NCBI RefSeq assembly: GCF_002160065.1
Contig: NZ_NFJW01000006.1
Location: forward strand, 1-32,000
Source: Collinsella sp. An2
GTDB lineage: Bacteria; Actinomycetota; Coriobacteriia; Coriobacteriales; Coriobacteriaceae
Direction: 5' to 3'
Length of the DNA: 32,000 nt
The position numbers and the translations under genes are program-made. The notes below the pieces were generated by a model, which saw nothing but the letters and a program-made list of their open reading frames with translations, did not search any database and was not told the origin of the DNA. Shown one piece after another: positions 24,527 through 32,000 of the stretch. Positions within the stretch are counted from its first letter, which is position 1. Each line of letters begins with the position of its first letter.

Positions 24527-25351
24527 TTACGCCTCGCAGCCCGGACTTGCAGACGAAGGTTCGCGCGGCTCGCCGTCGACGTGGGCGTCGGCACCTGCGT
24601 CGTGCGCCGGGCGGAACAGCGTCGCAAACCCGGGGTCGTACAGGCGGCTGCGCTCGTAGGATGCGTCGAGCACACGCCCCACCACGACGAGGGCGGTCAG
24701 GCGGATGCCGTGCTCCTTGCCCGTCTTCGCAAGCGTTCCCACCTGGCAGCGCAGGACGACCTCGTCGGGCCAGGTCGCCTTGTAGACGATCGCCGCCGGT
24801 TCCCGCTCGCTGCGGCCCGCGGCGAGCAGCTCTTCCTGCAGCCGTTCAAGATGCCCCGCGCTCAAAAAGATCACGAGCGTAGAACCATGGGCGGCCAAGC
24901 TCCGCATGTCTTCCCCTGCAGGCATGGGGGTACGCCCTGCCAGGCGCGTGAGCATGACCGTCTGGCTGATTCCCGGCAGGGTCAACTCCTGCTCCAATGC
25001 GGCCGCCGCGCCGCAGAAGCTCGACACGCCGGGGACCACGTCGAAGGGGATACCGCGCTCGCGCAGAGCGTCCATCTGTTCCTGGATCGCGCCGTAGACG
25101 CTTGGGTCGCCCGTGTGCAGGCGCACCACCTCAAGGCCGTCCCGCTCGGCGCGCTCCATGGCATCGAGAACCTCTTCGAGCGTCATGCGGGCGCTGTCGA
25201 GGATCTCGCAGTCCTCGCGACAGACCTTCAGCAGCTCGGGATTCACCAGGCTGCCCGCCCATATCACCATGTCGGCACGGCGCAGCAGCGCGTCCCCGCG
25301 CAACGTGATGAGGTCGGGCGCGCCGGGGCCGGCACCCACGAAATGCACCAT
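24527..25351 (-). CDS. cbiF: Cobalt-precorrin-4 C11-methyltransferase
   Basis: VHFVGAGPGAPDLITLRG, LHTGDPSVYGAI and PGVSSFCGAAA match CbiF/CobM. I chose the ATG at 25351 (GAAGGGAG 8 nt upstream). In-frame alternatives at 25372 and 25408 lack an SD. First gene of the 17-gene operon. Confidence 0.9.
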   Translation of the reverse strand: MVHFVGAGPGAPDLITLRGDALLRRADMVIWAGSLVNPELLKVCREDCEILDSARMTLEEVLDAMERAERDGLEVVRLHTGDPSVYGAIQEQMDALRERGIPFDVVPGVSSFCGAAAALEQELTLPGISQTVMLTRLAGRTPMPAGEDMRSLAAHGSTLVIFLSAGHLERLQEELLAAGRSEREPAAIVYKATWPDEVVLRCQVGTLAKTGKEHGIRLTALVVVGRVLDASYERSRLYDPGFATLFRPAHDAGADAHVDGEPREPSSASPGCEA

Positions 25352-25519
25352 AGGGGTCGCTCCCTTCGTCATGGCGGCGCCCGTCCGGCCGGGCGCGTGT
25401 GGGAGCATTGTAGCGCACGGCCACCCATGTCCGCCGCCGACGGACCTGCTGCGGATTCCTTGCGCACATTTAGCCTGCAGCCCCGCTCCGTGAGACGCGC
25501 GGGGCGCGACGCGTTAAGA

Positions 25520-25700
25520 TGGGGCGGTGCCGCTTCTCAGCGGGGCGGCCGACATATGAACCAGGAGACGGCCGGCGCTCGTACCGCCGGGTCATCAAAG
25601 GGAATCAGGTGCGAATCCTGAGCAAGGGCCATTACTGTGTGCGCGGCCTCACCGCGCGAGCCAGACTGCTTTGCCGTCCCCTCTCGGCCCTCGAGGCCGT
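25520..25700 (+). promoter_or_regulatory. Cobalamin (B12) riboswitch-like aptamer
   Basis: The core GGGAATCAGGTGCGAATCCTGAGC (25600-25623) matches the conserved GGGAA-N3-GGTG-N-AA-TCC-N3-GC element. ACTGT follows at 25634-25638, then a short hairpin GTGCGCGG/CCGCGCG, then a B12-box-like GAGCCAGACTGC (25658-25669). A hairpin CCGGCG/CGCCGG precedes the core. The CCCGC element is divergent (GGGCC). The boundaries are approximate. Confidence 0.6.
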
Positions 25701-25783
25701 GGCGCCGACCTTCCGTGAACCCCGGAGGGACCGCACATTCAAGAGCCGCGTCGGCATGGAGGCCGGCGGGCGCTTCGTCCTGT

Positions 25784-25813
25784 GCGCTCTCCGACCGGTC
25801 GAAGAGCGTTTTT
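25784..25813 (+). terminator. Intrinsic terminator, probable riboswitch expression platform
   Basis: CGCTCTCCGA/TCGAAGAGCG stem with one mismatch, followed by TTTTT (25809-25813). It lies ~110 nt after the aptamer core and 76 nt before the ATG at 25889. Confidence 0.55.
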
Positions 25814-25888
25814 CGTATGCGCGAGACGTCCCGTGAGCCCGTGCGACCGCACGGGCGGACCCCATACGCACAAAGAAAGGACGAAGCC

Positions 25889-26812
25889 ATGGCCAAAACC
25901 AGCATGACTCGCAGAAACCTGGTGAAAGGAGCGACGGTGGCAGGCGTCGGAGCCGCCGCCGCGATGCTCGCCGGCTGCGCCAACGACGCCGCACAGACGG
26001 CCGCGCAGGCCGCCGTCAAGCCCGTCATCCTCGTAACGAGCTTTGGCACGAGCTATGCCTCGAGCCGTCACAGCACGATCGGGGCGATCGAGTCGGCGAT
26101 CCGCGAACGCTTCCAGCCCACGTATGACGTGCGACGCGCGTTCACCTCTGACACCATCATCGACATCCTCAAAGAGCGCGACGGCATCTCCATCGACAAC
26201 GTCGACGAGGCGATCTCCCGCTGCATCGACGACGGGGTGCGCACCCTGGTGGTCCAGCCCACGCATCTCATGGAGGGCTACGAGTACACCGACCTCGCCG
26301 ACGCGCTCGAGAAGGTGCGCGACAGCTTTGACGACGTGGTGCTCGGACGGCCGCTTCTCGACACGCAGGAGGACCTCGACGCCGTCGCCGACGCGCTGAC
26401 CGAGGAACTCGCCGACTACGACGACGGATCGTGCGCGCTCGTCCTCATGGGGCACGGCACCGAATCCGACGCGAACGGTGTCTACGCCGCCCTGCAGAAG
26501 ACCTTCGACGCCCGCGGGCAGCACCAGTTCTTCGTGGGCACGGTTGAGGCCGAACCCACCTGCGACGACGTGATCCGCGCGGTGACCGAGGCCGGCTATA
26601 CGCGCGCCGCGCTCTCCCCGCTCATGGTCGTCGCCGGCGACCATGCAACCAACGACATGGCTGACCGAAACGACCCCGAGTCCTGGGTCTCGCGCTTCGA
26701 GGCGGCTGGCATCGAGACCACCTGCATCCTCGCCGGCCTGGGTCAGTACGCCGGCATCGATTCAATCTACGTCGACCACGTCTCGGCTGCCATCGACAGC
26801 CTGAAAGGATAG
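25889..26812 (+). CDS. cbiK: Sirohydrochlorin cobaltochelatase CbiK homologue with Tat-type lipoprotein signal peptide
   Basis: The mature part aligns along its length with CbiK (ILVTSFGTSY, RRAFTS, VQPTHLMEGYEY, LMGHGT, PLMVVAGDHATNDM). The N-terminus MAKTSMTRRNLVKGATVAGVGAAAAMLAGC has a twin-arginine motif (TRRNLVK), a hydrophobic core and a lipobox (LAGC). An alternative in-frame ATG lies at 25964. Confidence 0.88.
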   Translation: MAKTSMTRRNLVKGATVAGVGAAAAMLAGCANDAAQTAAQAAVKPVILVTSFGTSYASSRHSTIGAIESAIRERFQPTYDVRRAFTSDTIIDILKERDGISIDNVDEAISRCIDDGVRTLVVQPTHLMEGYEYTDLADALEKVRDSFDDVVLGRPLLDTQEDLDAVADALTEELADYDDGSCALVLMGHGTESDANGVYAALQKTFDARGQHQFFVGTVEAEPTCDDVIRAVTEAGYTRAALSPLMVVAGDHATNDMADRNDPESWVSRFEAAGIETTCILAGLGQYAGIDSIYVDHVSAAIDSLKG

Positions 26813-26818
26813 GTATTC

Positions 26819-27352
26819 ATGAAGCTCACCTACGGCGCGTGCGCGCTCACCCTTATCGTCGCTCTTTCCGGCTGCAGCGCTCAGCCAGCAGCGACAAACG
26901 GTTCCGCGCCGGCGGCCACAGGCTCCGCTGTCGTATCCACAGGCTCCACGGACGCGTCCTCCAGCGAAAAGACGACGCCCATCACGGCCGACATGCTCGT
27001 GCCGGGGTCCTATGAGATCGACGTCGACTCGAGCTCCAGCATGTTCCGCATCGTCGCAGCGACGCTCGACGTGACGAACGACGGCATGACCTGCACCATG
27101 ACGCTTTCGGGCACCGGCTACGAGAAGCTCTATATGGGCACGGGCGAGCAGGCCGCCGCAGCCCCGGATGAGGACTGCTCGTACTTCGTCGAGGGCGCCG
27201 ACGGCTCCTACTCCTACACCGTCGCGGTTCCCGCCCTGGACAGCGACGTCGATTGCGCGGCGTTCAGCATCCGCAAGCAGAAGTGGTACGACCGCGTGCT
27301 CGTGTTCCGCTCCGACAGCCTGCCGGCAGACGCCTTCGCAGCCAACGCCTAA
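26819..27352 (+). CDS. Small lipoprotein, unknown function (domain shared with the next gene)
   Basis: MKLTYGACALTLIVALSGC is a signal peptide with a lipobox. An S/T/A-rich linker is followed by a ~110-aa domain. AAGGA lies 9 nt upstream. The gene starts 6 nt after the cbiK stop. Confidence 0.7.
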   Translation: MKLTYGACALTLIVALSGCSAQPAATNGSAPAATGSAVVSTGSTDASSSEKTTPITADMLVPGSYEIDVDSSSSMFRIVAATLDVTNDGMTCTMTLSGTGYEKLYMGTGEQAAAAPDEDCSYFVEGADGSYSYTVAVPALDSDVDCAAFSIRKQKWYDRVLVFRSDSLPADAFAANA

Positions 27353-27371
27353 TCGAAAAACGAGGATCCCC

Positions 27372-28910
27372 ATGATGCGCGCCTCCACGACTAGAGCCCC
27401 CTTTGCACGCCTCGCATGCGTCGCGCTGCTGGTGCTCGCCTTGCTGACAGCCGTCGGATGCACCTCGGCGCCTACAGCCGACGGTACGCCCGCCGATGGC
27501 TCCTACCAGGTATCGCTTGAGCTTGAGGGCGGCTCCGGCAGGGCGACGGTCGAAAGCCCTGCCGAGGCGCGTGTGGAGGATGGGCGCATCACGCTTGAAG
27601 TCGTGTGGTCGAGCTCGAACTATGACCTCATGGTCGTAGACGGCGTCGAATACGCGCCCACCTCGACCGAGGACGGCTCGACCTTCGAGATCGCCGTGCC
27701 CGCGCTCGAAGGCAACGTGGCGGTCGAGGCGCGGACCACCGCCATGGGCGACCCGCACCTCATCTCCTACACCCTGCACCTTGGCGATGCTGGCGACGAA
27801 AACCAAGGTGCCTCTACGGCAAGCGATGGGGACGCGATCCTGGTCGCCGACTACCACAATCCCGATCTGGGCTGTGGATGGGCGCCTGTCTCGTCGCTTG
27901 ACCTCTCACACGCGAAGAACTTCACAGTCGATGACTACGAGGGCGGCTATCGGCTCATCTGCATTGCCGATGGCAGCAGGTACCTGCTCGTTCCCGAGGG
28001 CAAGCAGGCTCCGGAGGGCCTTGCCTCGGACATCCGCGTCGTCGCGCAGCCGGCAGACCAGGTCTATCTGGTGTCGTCGGCCGTGGCGTGTCTTGTGGAT
28101 AAGATCGATGCGCTCGACCATGTGGCCGCGACCTCGGTAACCCCTCAGACCTGCTCGGTCGAGCGCCTGAAGGACGCCATCGAAGACGGGTCCATCCCCT
28201 ATGCGGGCCGCTACAACACCCCCGACTACGAGGTCATCACCGAAGCCGGCTGCACGCTCGCCGTCGAGAACACCATGATCTACCACACGCCCGAGGTTCG
28301 CGAAAAGCTTGAAGACCTGGGAGTCACCGTCCTCACCGAGCTCTCGAGCCGCGAGACCGAGGTCCTGGGACGGCTGGAGTGGGTCAAGCTATTCGGCGTG
28401 CTCTTCGGACGCGAAAGCGAGGCGACGAGCTTCTTCAACGAGGCTTGCGAGCGCATCGAGCAGGTCTCGGCGGACGAGCCGAGTGGCAAGACGGTGGCGT
28501 TTTTCTACATCAACTCCAACGGAGCGGCCGTGACCCGGCGCTCGAACGACTACGTATCGCAGATGATCGAGCTCGCCGGCGGCACGTACCTCTTCTCGGA
28601 CCTCCCCGGCGATGACGGGACCTCGTCCTCCACCGTCACGGTCGAGATGGAACAGTTCTATGCCATGGCCCGCGATGCCGACATCATCATCTACAACGGC
28701 ACGACCGACGACAGCATTGACGCCATCGACGACCTCGTGGCCAAAAACCCGCTGCTCGCACAGTTCCGCGCCGTACAGAACGGCCAGGTGTGGATCTGCA
28801 ACCGCAACATGTACCAGCAGATGGCAGACTCGGCCGACATCATCGAAGAGCTTCACGCCATCGTCTCCGGCAACGCGGGGCAGCTTGCCTACTTCCGCAA
28901 GATCTCGTAG
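27372..28910 (+). CDS. Lipoprotein: N-terminal unknown domain fused to a FecB/BtuF-type (cluster A, PF01497-like) ABC substrate-binding domain
   Basis: Trimmed to the ATG at 27372 (GAGGA upstream). The signal/lipobox is ALLTAVGC. Residues ~40-135 resemble the preceding lipoprotein. The C-terminal ~330 aa have the periplasmic-binding-protein pattern (RVVAQPADQVYLVSS..., LEDLGVTVLTELSSRETEVLGRLEWVKLFGVLFGRESEA). Confidence 0.8.
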   Translation: MMRASTTRAPFARLACVALLVLALLTAVGCTSAPTADGTPADGSYQVSLELEGGSGRATVESPAEARVEDGRITLEVVWSSSNYDLMVVDGVEYAPTSTEDGSTFEIAVPALEGNVAVEARTTAMGDPHLISYTLHLGDAGDENQGASTASDGDAILVADYHNPDLGCGWAPVSSLDLSHAKNFTVDDYEGGYRLICIADGSRYLLVPEGKQAPEGLASDIRVVAQPADQVYLVSSAVACLVDKIDALDHVAATSVTPQTCSVERLKDAIEDGSIPYAGRYNTPDYEVITEAGCTLAVENTMIYHTPEVREKLEDLGVTVLTELSSRETEVLGRLEWVKLFGVLFGRESEATSFFNEACERIEQVSADEPSGKTVAFFYINSNGAAVTRRSNDYVSQMIELAGGTYLFSDLPGDDGTSSSTVTVEMEQFYAMARDADIIIYNGTTDDSIDAIDDLVAKNPLLAQFRAVQNGQVWICNRNMYQQMADSADIIEELHAIVSGNAGQLAYFRKIS

Positions 28911-29171
28911 CACAGCGCGTCGCAGCGCGGCACGTGGACCGAATCCACAGGCGCGGGCGGCCGGGTTCAGCCTCCTAGAGACGCAACCCGGCCGTACGTG
29001 GAGCCGAAAGCACGATGCAAGCCAGCACGACAGGCAGCCTTTTGTGCCGGTTTGCTCAAGTCGGCAAGCGAACGACACGCCGGCGAAAAGATGGCCTATC
29101 GTAGTGCAGCCAAGAAGTTGCGCCGCATGCAATCCATGTGACCGGTTACCGAAAGGCATAGGAAGGCACAG

Positions 29172-29723
29172 ATGACCGATACGCTGACCATGCGCCGCGC
29201 CCTCCCCGAAGAGGCGACGCGCGTACTTGAAATTCTTGAAGACGGCAAGCGCTCAATCGCCCGCTTCGGCATCGAGCAGTGGCAGTGCGGCTACCCCAAC
29301 CTGGACTCCGTGCAGGGAGACCTTGCCCAGAACGCCTGCTATGTCGCCGTCGACCATGAAGGGGAGCTTGTGGGCACGCTCGCCCTCCGGCTTGACGTCG
29401 ACCCCGAGTATTCGATTGCCAACATTCCCTGGCTTACCCCGAACCCCACGGAAGAGCCCGTCCCCTACGCTGCCATCCACCGCTGCGCGACCGCCGCGTC
29501 TGCGCTCAAACGGGGGGTGATGGGCTTCCTGTTTGCTGCCGCCGAGGACGTCGCGCGTGGAGCGGGTCGCCAGAGCATCCGCATCGACACACATCCGGGC
29601 AACCTGGCTATGCGTGGCTTTTTGGAGCGCAACGGCTTTACCGAGCTTGGGCGCTTCGAGCTTGCCACCAAGGGCGACCAGGAGACCGATGTCGTGCGCA
29701 TCGGCTATGAAAAGCTGCTGTAA
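29172..29723 (+). CDS. GNAT family N-acetyltransferase
   Basis: AGGAAGG upstream of the ATG at 29172; 183 aa. GNAT-like layout (YVAVDHEGELVGTLAL..., RGAGRQSIRIDTHPGNLAMRGFLERNGF). Confidence 0.8.
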   Translation: MTDTLTMRRALPEEATRVLEILEDGKRSIARFGIEQWQCGYPNLDSVQGDLAQNACYVAVDHEGELVGTLALRLDVDPEYSIANIPWLTPNPTEEPVPYAAIHRCATAASALKRGVMGFLFAAAEDVARGAGRQSIRIDTHPGNLAMRGFLERNGFTELGRFELATKGDQETDVVRIGYEKLL

Positions 29724-29783
29724 CGTCCCTTACGTGAGACCTCAGATTGCGGGAACGCGCCCGCTGGAAGGAAGATGAGCACC

Positions 29784-30389
29784 ATGCAACGGCTGTATCT
29801 CATGCGACACGGCCAGACCGAATACAACCTCAAGGGCCTCGTGCAGGGTCACTGCGACTCGCCGCTCACCCAAAAGGGCATCGACGAGGCACGCGAGGCG
29901 GCGCGATGGCTTGCCGACCAAAACGTCGAGATCGGCTATGCATGCTCCTCTCCCCTCGGGCGCGCCCACGACACCCTGAGCATCGTGATCGATGAGAATC
30001 CGGCGTTTGCGAGCGTCCCGCGAGCCGACGAGCCCGGCCTCATCGAGCGCTGCTACGGCACCTACGAGGCAGGCCCGATGGCCGACATGCCCATCAGCCC
30101 GTGGAACCCCCACGACGAGCTCGTGGCATGTGGCGGCGACCGTGAGCTGGATGCGCGTAAGCGCATCGTCGAGGCGCTTACGCGCGCCATGGACGAGCAC
30201 CCCGGCCAAAACGTGCTAGCGGTCGCGCACGGGGCGATCATCACGCAGTTCAAACTCGCCTGGGAATCCCGCGCAACATGCCCCCAAGACGTCTTCTTGG
30301 GCAACTGCTGCATCCTTGTCTTTGATTACGACCCCAAGGACCACACGTTCACCAACACCCGCATCGTGAACCAGGCGGACCAGGCCTAA
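29784..30389 (+). CDS. Histidine phosphatase family protein (phosphoglycerate mutase-like)
   Basis: MQRLYLMRHGQTEYN (RHG motif) and AHGAIIT later. I preferred the ATG at 29784 (GGAAGGAAG 9 nt upstream) over the ATG at 29775, which abuts the SD. Confidence 0.8.
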   Translation: MQRLYLMRHGQTEYNLKGLVQGHCDSPLTQKGIDEAREAARWLADQNVEIGYACSSPLGRAHDTLSIVIDENPAFASVPRADEPGLIERCYGTYEAGPMADMPISPWNPHDELVACGGDRELDARKRIVEALTRAMDEHPGQNVLAVAHGAIITQFKLAWESRATCPQDVFLGNCCILVFDYDPKDHTFTNTRIVNQADQA

Positions 30390-30413
30390 GCTCGAGCCAA
30401 GACTCCGCCGCAA

Positions 30414-30491
30414 GGCGCCCTTCTGATTCCCCGCGGGCGTGGTCCTCGGCTTCGCCTGCGGGAAACGCCCGCGGGGAATCAGAAGGGCGCC
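30414..30491. terminator. Perfect 26-bp inverted repeat with 26-nt loop between convergent genes
   Basis: GGCGCCCTTCTGATTCCCCGCGGGCG (30414-30439) is the exact reverse complement of 30466-30491. It sits between the stop at 30389 (+) and the stop at 30506 (-). No U-tract. Each arm contains the self-complementary CCCGCGGG. Confidence 0.6.
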
Positions 30492-30505
30492 AACCGGAAT
30501 GTCCG

Positions 30506-32000
30506 CTATCGGCGCTTCCCATGGGAGTTGCGCCAAATCTCGCGGCCCAGCATCAACGCGAGCACGAGCGCCGACAGATATCCTAGAAACCCGATAACGG
30601 GGATGCCGAAGATGACCGGCTCGATCTTTGCGTAATACACCACCGACGACCCGATGAACAGGCCGGCGATGACGATGGCCATCGAAGCGCGGTCCACGAT
30701 GCCGCCCACATGGCGCAGCACCTCTTCCGAGCCCATGAGCTCCGTGTTCACCTTGAGCTGCCCGCGCGTGAGCATGCGCGAGGCAAGGCCCAGGTACTCC
30801 GCAGCCTCAAGAGATCCCTTGACCGCGCGGCCGGTCCCCGAGACCAAATCGCGCAGGGCCTGCTCGGCGCGCTCGAAGGAACTCGTCTCGTTGGCAATGT
30901 GTTCCGAGATAATCTGGATCATGTTCACGTCGGGCATGTACTCGGAAAGCAGCCCTTCAAGTGTGACCATGCCGCGTGCGAACATGGTGACCACGCTGGG
31001 TAGTTCGATCTCGTTTTTGCGTGCGAGATTGATAAGGGCGGTCAGGAAGCGGCCGATATCAAGATCTGCCAGGTCGCGTCCACCGAAGTCCTGCACGATA
31101 TAGTCGAGGTCCGTCAGAAACGCGGTGTGGTCGATCTGAGAGGTGTCCCCACGCGAGACGGCAAAACGCATGAAGGCATCTTTGAGGCGCGGCACATCGT
31201 TTTGCGCCACGGCAAAGATGATCTCTTTCACCACGCCGCGGTCATGGGAGGACATGCGGCCAACCATCCCCAAATCGATAAAGTAAATCACGCCGTCCGA
31301 AAGGATGATGTTGCCGGCGTGGGGGTCGGCATGGAAGAAACCGTCGTCGAGTACCTGCGTCGCATAGTCGTCGACGATTCTCGACCCAATGTCGCGAAGC
31401 TTGTATCCCGCTTTTTCCAGCCGCTTGGGCTCGGCAATCGAGATGCCGTCGATGTAGTCCATGACCACGATGTGCTCGGTGCAGAGGTCAAGGTAGGATC
31501 GAGGGCACGAGATGCCCCAGGCACTCGCATGAAACGCATGGAATTCGTCGAGGTTGCGTGCCTCCATGAGGAAGTTGGTCTCCTCGCGGAAGGACTGCCA
31601 CAGCTCTTCCACCACGTCGCGCAAATCGACGATCTGGTCGGTCTTGATGAAGCGCGACACATGCCGGGCCAGCGAGCGCATGATGTCGATGTCCTGTGCC
31701 ATGACCTGCTGGGCGCCGGGTCGCTGGACCTTTACGGCCACGTCCTCGCCGGAAACGAGGCGCGCGCGATGCACTTGGGCGAGCGAAGCGCTGCCAAGCG
31801 GATTGGGATCGATGGCGTCGAAAAGATCTCCCAGCTTCTTGCCGTATTCCGCTTCAAGGCACTCCAGAACCACCGGATAAGGAACCGGCTCCACGTCGGT
31901 GCGCAGACGGCGCAGCTCATCGCAGAAACGCTGCGGCAGGATTTCAGAGCGGTTGGCAAGAATCTGCCCCATCTTGACGAACATGGGGCCAAGCTCCTCG
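30506..32000 (-). CDS. ABC1/UbiB family protein kinase-like protein (5' end outside the window)
   Basis: The reading frame is open to the window edge (EELGPMFVKMGQILANRSEILP). PLGSASLAQVHRA, VAVKVQRPG, HADPHAGN and IDLGMVG are ABC1/UbiB motifs. Two C-terminal hydrophobic helices. Confidence 0.85.
   Translation of the reverse strand, partial: EELGPMFVKMGQILANRSEILPQRFCDELRRLRTDVEPVPYPVVLECLEAEYGKKLGDLFDAIDPNPLGSASLAQVHRARLVSGEDVAVKVQRPGAQQVMAQDIDIMRSLARHVSRFIKTDQIVDLRDVVEELWQSFREETNFLMEARNLDEFHAFHASAWGISCPRSYLDLCTEHIVVMDYIDGISIAEPKRLEKAGYKLRDIGSRIVDDYATQVLDDGFFHADPHAGNIILSDGVIYFIDLGMVGRMSSHDRGVVKEIIFAVAQNDVPRLKDAFMRFAVSRGDTSQIDHTAFLTDLDYIVQDFGGRDLADLDIGRFLTALINLARKNEIELPSVVTMFARGMVTLEGLLSEYMPDVNMIQIISEHIANETSSFERAEQALRDLVSGTGRAVKGSLEAAEYLGLASRMLTRGQLKVNTELMGSEEVLRHVGGIVDRASMAIVIAGLFIGSSVVYYAKIEPVIFGIPVIGFLGYLSALVLALMLGREIWRNSHGKRR

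Noticed and set aside
25352-25520. A second cobalamin riboswitch on the minus strand in the cbiF leader
   Set aside because: The minus strand has only a loose GTGCGCAAGGAATCCGCAGC resemblance. There is no GGGAA element, ACTGT or B12 box. A plus-strand ACCAGGAGACGGCC at 25560-25573 resembles a B12 box but has no aptamer core upstream of it. A covariance-model search is needed to settle this.
28911-29171. Hairpin GGCCGGGTT/AACCCGGCC (28959-28993) as terminator of the lipoprotein operon
   Set aside because: The loop is 17 nt and no U-tract follows. It is plausible but not distinguishable from chance GC-rich pairing, so I did not list it as a feature.

Overview
GC-rich window. The gene content fits a high-GC Gram-positive anaerobe such as a Coriobacteriia-type Actinomycetota, but that is inference from the genes only. 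About half of the window (9668-25351, minus strand) is one tightly packed 17-gene anaerobic cobalamin operon, in the order cbiF-cbiD-cbiL-cbiG-cbiH-cbiET-cbiA-cobT-cobU-cobS-(short cobU-like)-cobC-cbiB-cobD-cbiP-cbiC-cbiJ. Most junctions are 4-nt ATGA/GTGA overlaps. The only real gap in the operon (13694-13910) holds four copies of a 17-18 bp motif arranged as two direct plus two inverted copies. A cobalamin-riboswitch-like leader with an intrinsic terminator is transcribed divergently from the operon. It precedes three lipoprotein genes: a CbiK cobaltochelatase homologue with a Tat-type lipoprotein signal, a small lipoprotein, and a FecB/BtuF-type binding protein whose N-terminal domain is paralogous to the small lipoprotein. 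No permease or ATPase gene follows them. I rank this module as the most interesting candidate system. The left part of the window carries an Fe-S aldo/keto reductase, a tail-anchored coiled-coil protein, a queuosine cluster (DUF3267-like membrane protein, queH, a GNAT, queA) and an atypical metG. The right part carries a GNAT, a histidine phosphatase, a perfect 26-bp inverted repeat and a 5'-truncated UbiB/ABC1 kinase gene. I saw no rRNA, tRNA, CRISPR array or transposase. Most long ORFs in the six-frame track that lie antisense to, or out of frame with, these genes look like high-GC artefacts.
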